64,000 nucleotides of DNA. It comes from Phoronis australis (taxonomy: Eukaryota; Animalia; Phoronida). The notes below the pieces were generated by a model. The model was not told the origin of the DNA. It made no database searches and saw only the letters and a list, made by a program, of their open reading frames with translations. Positions 50,701 through 61,400 of the stretch are shown here, piece by piece (positions within the stretch are counted from its first letter, which is position 1; each line of letters begins with the position of its first letter). The stretch is from positions 2,453,159-2,517,158 of the forward strand of contig NMRA01000003.1 in the NCBI GenBank assembly GCA_002633005.1, written 5' to 3'. Both the position numbers and the translations under genes were made by a program.

Positions 50701-53043
50701 CAAGTTAAGGCTTAAAATCAGAAAATCTAATGTACAACTCATAGCAAAGTCAAAAGACAGGCATAGTCAGATTTGGTTAGCTAAAGCCAATTAGGGAGAC
50801 AAAAGTCTTCAAGAATTAGAAACGGGCACTTTGGCAAGTGGCTATTATAATCCTAACCAGTGAAAAGCATCCATAATTGCCGGTTGAGAAATGGGTTGTT
50901 ACACGTTGTGATCTTGTTGTCTAATGGTTGCATTTCTTGTCTTAATTTTCATAAGTGCAATTTAACGAGCTTCCTGTTGCAAGGTACTGTCGTGCTTGCA
51001 TAAATGAATCAAAGCCATCAAGCTAAGTCCCAATGAACACTTTCTGTTTAACTTGTGTTTTCAAGCTCATTAGGAAAAATTTCCATGAACTTGCTCTTTT
51101 GAACATTTTTATGAAATGTCAAATTGGGTTGAACCAACGAGAATACTGGCAGTGTGGCTATATTCAACAGGAAATGCAAGCCTACGTACTATGGAATGCT
51201 GTTGGTGAAACATGAGTAATTGTTCTGTTGTGTCAGAATAGACTATGTGGGTTTAGCGTAAAAGGAAATTGTGGTTTGCAATTGTTTGCAGATTGAGAAT
51301 AAATATAGCTTGATTTGTTGTGTTGTGTAAGTATCCCTAATTAACACTAAGGATAACTATTGTTAGAAAAGTACATTAACAATTATAATGTTTATGTACT
51401 AATTATGATGCGTATCTATGCTAGCGCTCTCTTTTGGGATAACTTTAGCTAAATCGATATTAACAATCAAGCACCTTTTCTGCTATCCCAAGCTCTTTGA
51501 CAGTGCTTGAATGACAGTTGTGTTGATCACTTCCAGAACCAGCTGATCACACACTACGTCTGTGTCTTGTACAGCAGTCCTGTTGGTCATTCCTTGTACC
51601 TACTACTATTATTCAGACTTCTGGACAGTATTCATGTTTACACAATATTCATTGTGTCGTGTGTTAAGGTTGTGATTTGAGTTTGATTCATGATGAAGCA
51701 CAACAGCTGATGTGAATACTTATCACCGTATTGTATGCCTACTAAACTGGGTTGATAAATTGTTCTTGGTTCAGTGAGACATGATCTAGTCATTACTTTA
51801 TGGGATGAATAGAGGGGCAAGATATCCAATCCTCCGCACTGGATTAAAGGTCCTATTGTTTCATTGAGAAATAGTCTAGTAATTACTAGAGAACCATGGT
51901 GTTCATTTGCCTACCACACTGGGTTAAGTGTCCATGTTGTAGTGAGAAATCATCTAATCATTACTTTACAGGATGAATAGAGGGTCGTGGTTAAAAGTCT
52001 ATGTTGTCTATGTTTGAGTGAGACATGATCCAATTTGTTACAGGTGCAAAAGTTGTTCCTAGGTGAGAATGATAAAGTCAAGCTGTGGACTTTGTTCTGT
52101 GCTGATGAGGACTATAACACAGCACGTGCTGCTGCAGGAGGGCTAGCGATGTTGTCGCAAGAACAGAAAGTGTGCGAGAAAGTAACTAAGGTAAAACTTT
52201 TTGGGAATTGCTAGTTCATTGTCTTGCTGGACATTTCACTCAGCGCTTCCCATTTAAAAAGGGACTTTCCCACTTTGTCCCAAACTGAAGTGTAATATTA
52301 TTTTGTCTTTAAATTTGGTGTGTAATCGATCATTACCCCCTCTCGATTACAAACCAAATTTAAAGACAAAGTACTATTACATTTTTAGTTTGGGACAAAG
52401 TGGGAAAGTACATTTTTAAATGCAAAATGCTTTCATGCAAATGGACTTCTCTTGTTTGTGTTCGTTTCATTGAATTTTTGTGCTTCATTCGTGACATGCA
52501 CTTGAATGCGTCTTCACTGCCCATTGAAAATTAAAAGAATAATCAAGTCTATGGCCGACATTATGCAAGAGCTGGTTGTAGAATACCGTAAGGTTCCCCC
52601 CATGGATATATTTTAACACTAACATGCTGGTTACTAGATGGTAAGACTTGTTGTATTCGGACTATATGCAAGTGTGTGCTTTAAGCTGTCGCCACATGTT
52701 AGTTTTATGGCCTTTAAATCATTGTGTCATGTCAGTGTTGTGAGATGTAATTGACATGTAAATGTTGCCTCCCTATTCACAGGTGAAGGACTTCCACGAG
52801 GTACTGATGGGTATCATGGCCAGTGATCAGCCAGAGATGCAGCACCGGGCCTCGTGTATAGTTCTTAACATGATGTGTGCCAGCAAGACTGTGGCCGAGA
52901 CGATCTGTGACACCAAGCTGTTGGAGGTTCTGTTGGCAGTGTCCAGACCAGAGTCTGGAAGTATGGAGCAGGCTAGGGAGAATGCTAAGAAGGCCCTACA
53001 AGTTGCAGCTGACCACGGCTTGATACAATCTACTGGACAGTAG
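5561..53043 (+). CDS. unc-45: UNC-45 myosin co-chaperone gene (5'-partial; 16 coding exons found: 5561-5736, 9536-9628, 12637-12804, 14751-14964, 28687-28854, 29709-29877, 31426-31495, 42270-42404, 42698-42934, 43878-44018, 44821-44936, 47797-47977, 49350-49465, 49905-50022, 52044-52190, 52783-53043)
   Basis: The spliced translation contains hallmark UNC-45 segments in the right order: [11 protein letters not shown] (TPR), [116 protein letters not shown]. All junctions are GT-AG with compatible phases. Confidence 0.97.
6050..7811 (+). mobile_element. HINE/DINE-like element with an internal array of ~145-bp repeats (11 units)
   Basis: 5' TTTTTATGCGCCCAC..GTGGACGCAT inverted pair and GTCC-like microsatellite; repeats marked by GTGCCACCTAGTGGC; 3' GTGGGGCAT followed by a short stem-loop and GCTCTTGT. 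Confidence 0.75.
8150..9324 (+). repeat. Degenerate partial copy of the same HINE family, interrupted
   Basis: Similar monomers (CCCTTAGTGGCAATTTTG at about 8933; GCCCCCC..AGTGG at about 9114) and a 3' end GGGTGCATATCACCACTCTTGT. Confidence 0.5.
9536..9628 (+). CDS. unc-45: unc-45 exon (TPR-central linker)
   Basis: ttcag|[31 protein letters not shown]|gtttgt; 93 nt, phase 0-0; not in the ORF track. Confidence 0.9.
12637..12804 (+). CDS. unc-45: unc-45 exon (central domain)
   Basis: ttcaag|[56 protein letters not shown]|gtcagt; 168 nt. Confidence 0.93.
14751..14964 (+). CDS. unc-45: unc-45 exon (central domain)
   Basis: ttgacag|[41 protein letters not shown]...RFEPLKL g|gtgaga; phase 0-1. 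Confidence 0.9.
15412..19330 (+). pseudogene. Decayed hAT-type transposase, apparently split by introns (fragments at about 15630-15890, 17297-17413, 18947-19320)
   Basis: Zinc-finger-like WRWEW...[25 protein letters not shown]; DRVSNSKAM|[18 protein letters not shown]; [11 protein letters not shown]; [10 protein letters not shown] (compare hAT FSL.+DEST). Left end CAAAGCTTGGAATTTTCC resembles the TIR at 44258. Confidence 0.65.
17629..18671. mobile_element. Tc1/mariner-superfamily (Tc2/pogo-like) MITE, older copy
   Basis: TA-CCGTATTCGCCCTAATAAG ... CTTATTAGGGCGAATGCGA-TA; internally similar to 31825-33229. Confidence 0.85.
24695..24995 (+). repeat. Fragment of the HINE family
   Basis: TTTTATG start with ..CCGGC..CATC microsatellite-like block and a monomer with CTCCCTAGTGGCAG at about 24857. 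Confidence 0.45.
25601..25664. repeat. (CA)n microsatellite, imperfect
   Basis: Seen directly. Confidence 0.95.
25690..26968 (-). mobile_element. 5'-truncated L1/Tx1-clade LINE ORF2 C-terminal remnant
   Basis: [64 protein letters not shown], and a zf-RVT-like [17 protein letters not shown]; frameshifted. Confidence 0.88.
28427..28618. mobile_element. Short palindromic MITE
   Basis: Arms of about 55 bp: ACCTGATTCACACAGTC..AAAAGTGAGCCTCTTTTTA / TAAAAAGAGGCTCACT..GACTGCGTGAATAAGGT. Confidence 0.75.
28687..28854 (+). CDS. unc-45: unc-45 exon (central domain)
   Basis: ttcacag|[56 protein letters not shown] g|gtcagt; phase 1-1. Confidence 0.92.
29709..29877 (+). CDS. unc-45: unc-45 exon (central domain)
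   Basis: ccaccag|[56 protein letters not shown] ac|gtaagt; phase 1-2. Confidence 0.94.
31426..31495 (+). CDS. unc-45: unc-45 exon (neck region)
   Basis: gttacag|c [23 protein letters not shown]|gtaggt; 70 nt, phase 2-0; not in the ORF track. Confidence 0.9.
31825..33229. mobile_element. Tc1/mariner-superfamily (Tc2/pogo-like) MITE, young copy
   Basis: Perfect 25-bp TIR CCGTATTCGCCGTAATAACCGCCCA flanked by TA on both sides; no transposase ORF. Confidence 0.92.
33270..33967. mobile_element. Non-autonomous TIR element with CAGTGG ends; its 3' part recurs at about 38310-38483
   Basis: Left CAGTGGCGCTAGG, right CCTAGATCCACCACTG; the block CCTCCCCCCATTCGGTGCTATG..CATCTACAATCGTG is shared with 38377-38414. 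Confidence 0.55.
34087..34405. other. Assembly gap (319 N)
   Basis: Seen directly. Confidence 1.
34406..34861. repeat. 12-bp minisatellite (ACAATCATCAAT)n with ACAATACTTAGT variants
   Basis: Seen directly; about 38 units abutting the gap. Confidence 0.98.
34965..37425. repeat. Diverged direct duplication of ~500 bp (about 34965-35506 and 36920-37425)
   Basis: Both begin ACATGACGGC.TTCT and contain CAGCACAGCCCAGTCAGG.TAGATACGAT and TATAGAATCGAACAAGTTGGGAGCAAC. Confidence 0.85.
35690..36044 (+). repeat. 3' fragment of the HINE family
   Basis: CCATCTAGTGGCCATTTTTATGA..CCCTAAAAGCACACCAT..GCGTTGCTCTTGT, closely matching 7708-7811. Confidence 0.8.
38690..38742. repeat. (CA)n-like microsatellite
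   Basis: Seen directly. Confidence 0.85.
38986..39491. mobile_element. PIF/Harbinger-like MITE
   Basis: GGCCCTTTCATA ... TATGAAAGGCCC ends; internal inverted GCGTCGACG and GTTAAC motifs. Confidence 0.65.
40868..41280 (-). pseudogene. Decayed ubiquitin-specific protease (peptidase C19/USP) C-terminal half
   Basis: [11 protein letters not shown] (frameshift) [21 protein letters not shown]...[38 protein letters not shown]...AYIAIYE. Confidence 0.8.
42270..42404 (+). CDS. unc-45: unc-45 exon (neck region)
   Basis: gtttcag|[45 protein letters not shown]|gtgagt. Confidence 0.95.
42698..42934 (+). CDS. unc-45: unc-45 exon (start of UCS domain)
   Basis: ttgtcag|[34 protein letters not shown]...[22 protein letters not shown]...LAQ|gtatag. 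Confidence 0.97.
43878..44018 (+). CDS. unc-45: unc-45 exon (UCS domain)
   Basis: ttctag|[47 protein letters not shown]|gtataa. Confidence 0.96.
44258..44499. mobile_element. Short hAT-like MITE
   Basis: TIR CAGGACTTGGAAT / ATTCCAAGCCCTG (1 mismatch); no clean 8-bp TSD. Confidence 0.6.
44821..44936 (+). CDS. unc-45: unc-45 exon (UCS domain)
   Basis: tttttag|[38 protein letters not shown] cg|gtgagt; phase 0-2. Confidence 0.95.
44905..45501 (+). repeat. Tandem array of ~52-57 bp units spanning an exon/intron junction (about 10 copies)
   Basis: Consensus GATAGTAAGACTAGCAAGGAACTTCTATCTCG|GTGAGTTGATGGCCAACACT. Confidence 0.92.
45126..45234 (-). mobile_element. Truncated tRNA-derived (SINE-like) insert within the array
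   Basis: The minus strand begins CGGGTTCGAGTCCC (Pol III B box); flanked by direct ACACTGATAG. Confidence 0.55.
45785..45933. repeat. Tandem duplication of a ~74-bp unit
   Basis: AGTTAAGCATGTTTTTAAAACCTTCAACCACAG...GCAACTACCCAT occurs twice. Confidence 0.9.
46339..47652 (+). mobile_element. Second near-full HINE-family copy with about 8 internal monomers
   Basis: TTTTTATGCACCCAC start; monomers marked by CCACCTAGTG at about 46665 and 47087; end TTGATCTTGT. Confidence 0.75.
47797..47977 (+). CDS. unc-45: unc-45 exon (UCS domain)
   Basis: attcag|g [60 protein letters not shown]|gtaaaa. Confidence 0.96.
48681..48756. repeat. 24-bp minisatellite x3
   Basis: TAAGGTTATGCAGGGCCTTACTGA repeated. 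Confidence 0.9.
49350..49465 (+). CDS. unc-45: unc-45 exon (UCS domain)
   Basis: gttacag|[38 protein letters not shown] ag|gttcgt. Confidence 0.96.
49905..50022 (+). CDS. unc-45: unc-45 exon (UCS domain)
   Basis: cttcag|g [39 protein letters not shown]|gtaaga. Confidence 0.96.
52044..52190 (+). CDS. unc-45: unc-45 exon (UCS domain)
   Basis: gttacag|[49 protein letters not shown]|gtaaaa; not in the ORF track. Confidence 0.95.
52251..52422. repeat. Long near-perfect inverted repeat (foldback MITE-like)
   Basis: Arms of about 80 bp: ACTTTCCCACTTTGTCCCAAACT..TTTGTCTTTAAATTTGGT.TGTAATCGA / TCGATTACAAACCAAATTTAAAGACAAA..AGTTTGGGACAAAGTGGGAAAGT; short loop. Confidence 0.93.
52783..53043 (+). CDS. 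unc-45: unc-45 terminal coding exon
   Basis: ttcacag|[31 protein letters not shown]...[12 protein letters not shown]; TAG at 53041-53043. Confidence 0.95.
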   Translation: MKDFHEVLMGIMASDQPEMQHRASCIVLNMMCASKTVAETICDTKLLEVLLAVSRPESGSMEQARENAKKALQVAADHGLIQSTGQ

Positions 53044-53434
53044 CTACCATTCTCATAAGACTAACCAGGACTTTTTAAACTAGCCAATGAACTATATTTA
53101 CCATCCTGTTAACTGATGATTGTGGCTTCGTAAAAACCACTGCCATTACCATTCTAGTGGTAAGTGCTGGCCATGGGATGATACAAGTCCCTGGCTACTT
53201 ATTACCTTATTACCGGTAGCAACTGATAATTGCTTCATACAGTCCTCTGCATAGCATCCTGCTCTTCCAGTATGTGTTGACGGCCATTGTGGCACGCAAG
53301 CTCAATGCCTTCATGTTTCTGTTATGAAAATGTTAAACCTATACTGACTGAGGGTATAGATTTACTTGACGATCTTGACTGTTTGTAAAGGGGCAGCACA
53401 ATATTAGCTTCATTTAACTTTTCGTAGATTGTGC

Positions 53435-53440
53435 ATTAAA
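53435..53440 (+). promoter_or_regulatory. candidate polyadenylation signal (ATTAAA) of unc-45; an alternative AATAAA lies at 54850-54855
   Basis: Hexamer about 390 nt after the stop, followed by GT-rich sequence at about 53500-53560; no transcript evidence. Confidence 0.3.
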
Positions 53441-53676
53441 GAAGTATGAATTGTACAAACTCACATTGGACCTCTGAGATGAGTAGAGCTTACTGTTAAT
53501 TATTGGTGTGTGTTAATTATTTATGGTGTGGTTTAGAAATTAGTAATGTATAGTTTTGTTTCACAGAAACATATTTGGCACTTTTTTACTTTTTGTGCAG
53601 TTTTGCTTATTTGTGTGGTATAGAATATCATGTGCAGTTAATATTAGTGATGAAGTTATGTTGACTACCTGTCGGA

Positions 53677-54604
53677 TTTTTAGGCGCCCACGAAAAATTT
53701 TGTGGTCGCATTTAGTCAGCAGTCTGTCCATCCGTCTGTCATTACCTCTGCTTGTTGGTGGAATATCTCAAAAAAAAATAAGACAGGTCACAAAATCTGG
53801 CACGGCATTATATGGCACAGACATGCTGGCACCAGTCAAATTTCAGACAAATCTGACTAACCTCACTCCTATTCCCCACCCCACCCCACCCCACCCCACC
53901 CCACCCCACCCCATGCCTGTTATCCTGATTTTCTAGCTTTTTCGATTCAGTTAATGTCATATCGGCTTGACAGATTTTGTTGAAACTTTCCACAAGGACT
54001 ATGGCTGGGGTGCACCGGCACCTATCGATTTTTGTTCGTATTTGACTTCTGTGGCACCCCCTGATGGTTCCTATATGAAAGCTGAAAGTCAACTATTGCT
54101 GGTACATCCCAGCCATTCACCTAAGGTACACCAAAAGATCTCTCTAGCCATTGTGATTATAATAGACAGACAACATTTTGTTGCTCCGAAATGTCTGACA
54201 AGGAGTGCTATTAGTAGTTGAATCTGACACATAATTGTCTGGTGCCTATATAAACCCGTCTTATATATTTGCATTAGGTTCCATCAAAATTTGGCAAGTT
54301 GTTTTACAATAATCGACAGATATAAAATCTTACCATGAACCAAAGTGGTTGACGGGGTGCTATTGCAGTCAATTCTGTGTGAGAGTGGATTATTGTAAAT
54401 CCATCCCAGTTTGATATTTCTGTGTCAAATTTCGTCAAAATCTGTCAAGCTGTTTTGACAACGATTGATGGACAAGCAATATATTGTCGAAATCTAAAAT
54501 GACCAAATTAGTTTTAATTACAAGAGACTAGACGTATACAGTCTTAGAAGCATGCTGTTTGCAGTGCAGCTGTGGGTACATTCAGCGCTTTGTATTGCTC
54601 TTGT
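53677..54604 (+). mobile_element. HINE-like element downstream of the unc-45 stop, containing a (CCCCA)n run at about 53874-53913
   Basis: TTTTTAGGCGCCCAC..GTGGTCGCAT, GTCTGTCCATCCGTCTGTC microsatellite, end GTGGGTACAT..TTGCTCTTGT. Confidence 0.65.
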
Positions 54605-57039
54605 TGGCTTCTCATGCCCCTTTATTAATCATGGATGAATATTTCAGAGTGAAGCAAATGTGTTACTGAATCTCAGCTTTAGTGAACAAAAACGAAGTTA
54701 GAGTAGTGAAATTTTGTTGGTGATTCAAAGATTTGTAGGGAGAGCAGTAATTGTTTTGCAATTAGATTTAGATATTTGCATGACATGAGTAAAGATGTTA
54801 CGTACATGGTGCTAACAATTTTGGAATGTTACATTACAGTTTTCTAAAAAATAAACAATCCTAGAAACGTTTTTTCTGTTTTGCATCAAATGACAGTTAG
54901 GTATGTCGTGGTGACCCTTCACATTGTCACATGTTCCACTGTGTCTCGTTCAAAGAAGCGTTGCAGTACCGCCGAAAACTTGCCTTTTGGCAGCTTAGAT
55001 TTTTTTAGAATTTTTACTATAGCAATGCGGCACTCAGTCCTATTTTAATGCTGTACCTTATTACACCATGGATTGAATGGAGTATACTTCTTCTGAAGGT
55101 AGATTCACCAAAGGAAATTTGATTTTTTTAAGTTGGTGAAGTTGAGTGGACCAGTTGCTGCATGTGGTTATTACCACAAAATAGTGCACAACAAATATTG
55201 TTTGGTTGTTTATTATGAATATTACAAGTACAACAAGCAGCACCACAAACAACTAACCAAGTGATTGACAGATCTTTTAAAGCACCACACAATGCAGATC
55301 TCTTTGATTAACTAAATACAAAGCCACGCTTATCAATTATACTATAACTTAATAATTGCAAGCCTTATACACCATAAACCGCTTACATTCCACATTGAGC
55401 TTTTACAAGTTTGAACTAAGGACATTTATCCATATAAACTCAAACTTTTGCCAAGCCGTGACTTCATCAGAGCACTATTTTGAAAATAATATTCAGAATC
55501 CATTTGCAAAAATAAACACTTTAAAACAGCAGTAAAATCTGGTCAGTTGCATATCTCGAGAAGGAAGTGATCGAGAAGTCCATTTTTGCTGTGGTGCAAG
55601 TGACCTGGATAGAGTTCAGTGACACTAGGACCTCACTAAAATCTAGCTAAAATTACGTATTTTCTTTCAAAATACATGGTGACATCTTGCGAAGTCTTAC
55701 TTTTTATTGAGGTCCTAACCTTACTGAACGACTGGCTAGCTTACGGAGGACATATTTTTACGGAATGGCGCTCGTTGACAAGATGAAGCCACTGCACTCG
55801 TATGCTACATAATTCAGTGGAGTACTTTACACTCTTAATCTACGCTGATTTATAATGTTTGCAAGGTGTTATTGTTGGGTAATGTTCCACTGTTTACAAA
55901 ATGAATAATAATCCCACAACATTCATAAATTAGTCAGATAGAGTGAAAGCTAAATATTATAAAAAGCAATTAGCTGACCGTACAACGTGTCACCACAGTA
56001 TCACAATATTAACACCAGGCTTGACCTATAAGCTTAAAAGCACTTCATGTGACAGTGTAACCTGTTGCAGAAGCGTAATTATTATGCTACAATAAAATGG
56101 TCACTCGGGTACCAAGTTGGTTTAAAGCCAGCAACCCGTACTAAAAGTTAAAAGATGATCATTTTGTCCAAGCATATGTATTCAGCAAGGATAACACAGC
56201 ACACACAAGTTAATTTTGTACAGTTACTGGAAGAGCCTAGGATTTTACCACTACAGTATTGTCTATTGTGTTGGTTAGAGTACCAACCAATGGTGTACCT
56301 AGGATTGCTGCCATATAGGGCACAAGATAAAGGTGCCCCTGGCTGCACACCAGCTACTAGTTCCCTAAATTTTAATACCTGGCTCCGTCATCACCATCAA
56401 AAAATGATGTTACCATTATGATAGTTTGTTGGTTCTGCATGACTGCTAGGTTAGTCAGTGGAATTTAAATGTGCCCTAGCATCATAGTTTTACGTTCAAA
56501 AAGTGAACGCGACTAGTAACAAGTCCTGCATACCCAGAGACATGACTACTCTCTTGGGACATTGCGGACAAGTGGAATGCAAAAACATTACAAAAAATAT
56601 AACTAATACACACATAATAAAAGCCGTAAAATCGTTGAGCAATCTGCAGGTTATAAGATCTGTAAAATGAGGTGAATTGGTTTATGATCACATTATCACA
56701 TCAAAAAACCAAATATATGCTTGCCAAACATACTCACTGTCCATTTAACAATATTCTAACACAATTACTATTTGTCTACTGTTTAAACATTGATTGTTAA
56801 TCCGTGAAACTACATTCAACAATCACCAGGGTAAAACGGAAATTTTACTTTGGGTGCATTACAGACTTAAAACATCTTCTGTGCAAAACAGCACTGAATT
56901 TCATGCTTAACAACTCCATAACACAGTGAAATCTCATTAATTAAGGGTACAAAATAGCAGACAATGGAAACGTCATTTTACGTTTCTTTCAAAAAAGTTT
57001 TTGAACATTTTAAGGTTTTATACAGATGTCTACTTGATC

Positions 57040-57197
57040 AAGACAAAATATATATCTGTGACAACTGCAACAGAATATGCCACTCCAGAATCGGACTTTT
57101 CAGCAACAGACGGCGCTGCAATCCAACCACTGACAGACAGTGGGTGCACATCCATTGTCTCTTGAGACAGATGGCTGTCGACTACCATTACTATCAC
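57040..57197 (+). mobile_element. 3' remnant of an RTE-clade LINE
   Basis: YICDNCNRICHSRIGLFSNRRRC (RTE C-terminal zinc-finger motif), then a short UTR and a (TAC)-like tail. Confidence 0.75.
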
Positions 57198-58359
57198 CAA
57201 ACAATGTTTTGAAAAATAGTGGGCATTCAAAACAATGTTCGAAGCTTTTGAAAAATAAAGAAGACCAATTCTGTCAATTAGTTTTGTCTAAATTTGGAGA
57301 GATTTTATCAGATTCTCTACGCTATCAGGATACTAACAGAATGTGCATTTTAATGCATTTTCATTCTAGGCATCTTGAGTTTCCTGAGATTAACATAGCA
57401 GAAGTCGGAGCGTTCACACTTACATTGAACTTCAGCATTTTCGATTAACTTGGTAATTCGTTTGGACAAGATAGACGATGGGACATTGGTTGCACCCAAA
57501 AAAGATGCAACTGCAATTTAAATGTCTACACCCAGTGTCCACATGAGCTCTTGGAAACCAACAAAAAGGTGGACATCTGAGCCTATCAACATTTGTAGAG
57601 TGAATCACGCCTCTTAAGAAACAACACAATGATCTAAATAAGAAAAACTTGAAAATAACACAATTCCTGATGATAGACATATCACAAAGAGATTAAATTT
57701 TGCAAATAATTCAAATAAAAATATATTGTATATAAATTATGAACTTGGACAAAAACAGTGCATACAGATTCACCCCCAATCGGACTGATGACATGCATAT
57801 TTTTAGCTAGCATAGAAAGAAACTGAAAATTATCCTTCAACAATCCTTGAAAGTAAAGGTAACTCTTCAAAATAGCACTCATGGTGCTGAACACAAAACA
57901 ATGAGTTGTGTTGTTAAAACTGATTCTTGAACTTAACACGATAATTCTTAACCGCAAAGATTTTTTCAGAATGAATATTACCGTACTATAAGTGGTAAAA
58001 TATGTCAAGTTGAAATACTAATTTTACTTCACATCTGACCCTACATTATACATTTCATAGACCATAAACTCTATATATAATGCTAAAACACATGTTCTGT
58101 GCAGTGAAACATTGCTTGACACTCAACTCAGCAGCACTACCATCATGACATCTCGCAAGTGACACCTAGTGAGTGCTGCAGTATAACTTCCCACATGTTC
58201 ATATTTCTACTGAAACGCGTAACAAAAAAGGTGATTACTGAAAAGACACTACTCAGGCATAGCTGGCTTCTCCACTAAAATCTGTTGGCTGTCATCAACA
58301 ATAACACAAGACCACCTTAACTGTTGCAAGATAAGCTGCGTGCACCAGTTGCTCCTCTG

Positions 58360-58476
58360 TTAGAAGTCTGAGTACTCGGAATCAGTATACACTTGCTGAA
58401 ATCCTTCTATACCTTCCGAGCCTAAACACTTGAGCAAGTTGTCACGGATACCAGCTGTCAATACTTTCTTGAAAAA
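58360..58476 (-). CDS. TIR gene probable last coding exon
   Basis: ttttacag|FFKKVLTAGIRDNLLKCLGSEGIEGFQQVYTDSEYSDF*; strong acceptor, phase 0. Confidence 0.6.
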   Translation of the reverse strand, partial: FFKKVLTAGIRDNLLKCLGSEGIEGFQQVYTDSEYSDF

Positions 58477-61400
58477 CTGTAAAATGCAAATACTTCGATA
58501 AAAAATGTAACAGTAATTGATTAACAATTATTCTATTTTTAACTGAGGTGTATTACACTGTTTCCATCACAGCTCTGAAACACTGCTAGTAATAAAAATG
58601 GTGTGCAAAGTTAAACCAGCCTTCTGTGCTTACACGAACTGTGACGTCTGCCACATATACCATCACATCCGCAGATGAAACAACAAAACTCAACATTCAT
58701 TTGACTCCTGATATTTGACAGCTGAGCTCTAGGGCTAAAGGGCCTCAAAATAAAATTCCAGATAGAATTACACTTTTGCAGTTGATAGAGTATGAAAAAC
58801 TTTCATGTGGAAAATTCTTTGATCTCCAAGAGAAAACCCAGTCTTCAAGAAAACGTTAGTGGAATTTTGATAAGATTCTGCGATCATCAAGTATTTTGAA
58901 TACAGCTTTATAACTCTGCTACTAATAGTTTAAGAAATTCCATCCTTCATGAAGAAATCTTATTACCTTAAATCACTTAATCAACACTCCAAGTAAAGTG
59001 CCAACAATTTATAATTAACTAAACAACGAACTTAATAATAAGTGTTTAAAATCAAAGACTTTATAAACTCGCCTTGCCTTATGTCACAAAAGCAATTTTT
59101 GATTTAGATCATTTATCATTATGTAGTCAGTCTCAAGTTCTTCCTCAGTCAAAAAAAAGTGATTTCCAGACTTCAGAGACTGCTTGTTATTGTTTGAGTG
59201 ACACCAGTCTCTACATGTTGACTTGCCACTGCTGGTCACCCTAGTCACCGAGCATGGTCTCTAGCAATAACAAGCGTGTCATTTATCTGTGCGATCAAAA
59301 ATCACTTCTCATCTGACTACAGCTACAAGACGGATTCATAGCCACTTAAAGTTGCTAAGTACGAGCACAAGCAGTAAGTCTAAGTGAAGTGTATTATTCG
59401 AGCCTGTACACCACTTGTAAGATTTTCATCACAACTGATGAGCCAAACAGCTGAGAACATTTAAAAGATAAAGTGGGGTGTGTCGGGATTGGGATTATCA
59501 TCATCACTTTCAAGCAGGATTTTACTCAAATGGTTCATGCGCCTAATTCCTGATATACACCTACATAATTATTTATAGAGTAAGAAGGCAAGACATTTGG
59601 AAAGTCATGTTAAAATTAAATTTTATGTTGTTTACCTGTCAAACACTTACGTCATTTCCTGGACTAATGCTTTCAATTTCTTTCAAACATTGCTTTTCTG
59701 AGGCAAGTTTTAGCTTGACGATGTTATTAAGGACCGTATTTTGACCATGGTCCATGCTGTAAAACCAAAAAAGGTCTCAATACAGTCAGTTGTAATTCAG
59801 TAATTATTAAAAGCTGCATTTTTCACTGTTTAGCTAAATCCAAACAAAAATCGAATTGGTTCCATAAATTTACTTAGGGCTGTTCCAGTAAAATCCATGT
59901 GGGAGGGGGGACGGCAGTAGAAATAAAAATTCATGGGTGGTGGTCTTCAGAAAAAAACACAAATTATGGGTGGTCGTTCCTGTAAGAAGTGACACATTAA
60001 AAATGGGTGGTATTTTTTGTCCTGTTAATGTTGACAGGTTGGTTACTTCAGCCCTCAAAACTCGAAACAAGCCAATACAAAAAAGCCCATATTGCTAGTG
60101 AACAAACAGAGTGCAATATGTTCACTAAGCCATTAATCAAGTCATGGGCAACTTGATTTGAGCCAACTGTTTGTCTGCAGTCCTATTGAATTGAAAAGTT
60201 ATGCAACAATAAACTGGTGTTAACACATATAAGAAAATTGATGATTTTTAAATAAAAATTATGAGGAGTAAGATAAACAAGTTCCAATATTCACTCAACA
60301 AAGAAGTATAAAAGATATCGTGGAGACAGTTTGAGTTTCATAGATCCTTATAATTGAAAAAAATGTTTATTAAAATTATAGACACATGGTGAACAGAGAC
60401 ACCTGGTGGCTGCCAAAAGTATTGCTCACAGGCTACTTTAGTTTTTGACAATATTGGACAAGACAACTAGTTCTTGTCTGTCAATCATCTAAGTTTTTAA
60501 CAGGTCCTCCTGGAGGCAGTTTGTTTGCAAATGTTGGATTTTATGTTTTAACCTATTAAAAATAATTAAAAACTTATGGGTCATGGGTTGGAGAAATAAA
60601 TGAAAAATATGGGCGGTGGGTACGAAATAAAAGTGCCTTCCCCTCCCTCCCATACAGATTTTGCTGGAACAGCCCTTACTATAATACGATTCTACATCAC
60701 TCACTAACAAGAACAAAACCATCAGCAACCCAAGAAAATGATTTGAAGATCATCACACCCTAAAATAATGCATGTTCTCATTGCCCGTGAGTTGAGTGGC
60801 CAGCTCACTCAGCAACAATTCAAACGTAGAGTGAGCATGATAATGCTTTACACCCCAAATTGCTTCAGTTAAGAATTCGACACTGACAACTAAACAGCAG
60901 CAAAATGCCCCTTGAAGAGTTTCACTGCAAAATGAGATGCCAGTCGAAATTGAAATGTTACCATGATGCCAACTATCAACAGTGTCAAATTTTCAGGAAA
61001 AAATGAATCATCCCACAGTGTCACATGATCCCACAAGCACGTATTTGTTCCAAAATACGATATACGCCTGACAAGTTCAGATTTCAATTTTGGCAGATAT
61101 CCCGTTTTACAACTCAAAAACGATGCCTAGTATTCAGGGACAAGAATGGTTCTGGTATGAAATTTCACCATATTAACTGGTTGTGCATTTCACACTGCAA
61201 TATAAGAACTGAAACCGTCAAATGTTACCTTTTAGATCTCACAATATTTATGATGTCAATGCATGCAAAGTTGAGTGCCAAGATCTCGTGGTCCCAGACA
61301 GGATCAGGCAGTAACTTCATATCCATCTGACGATCAGCGTCTAAACCCGCACCTTTCATCAGCTCTTTGACGGCTTTAACGCAGCATGACTCTCTCCACA

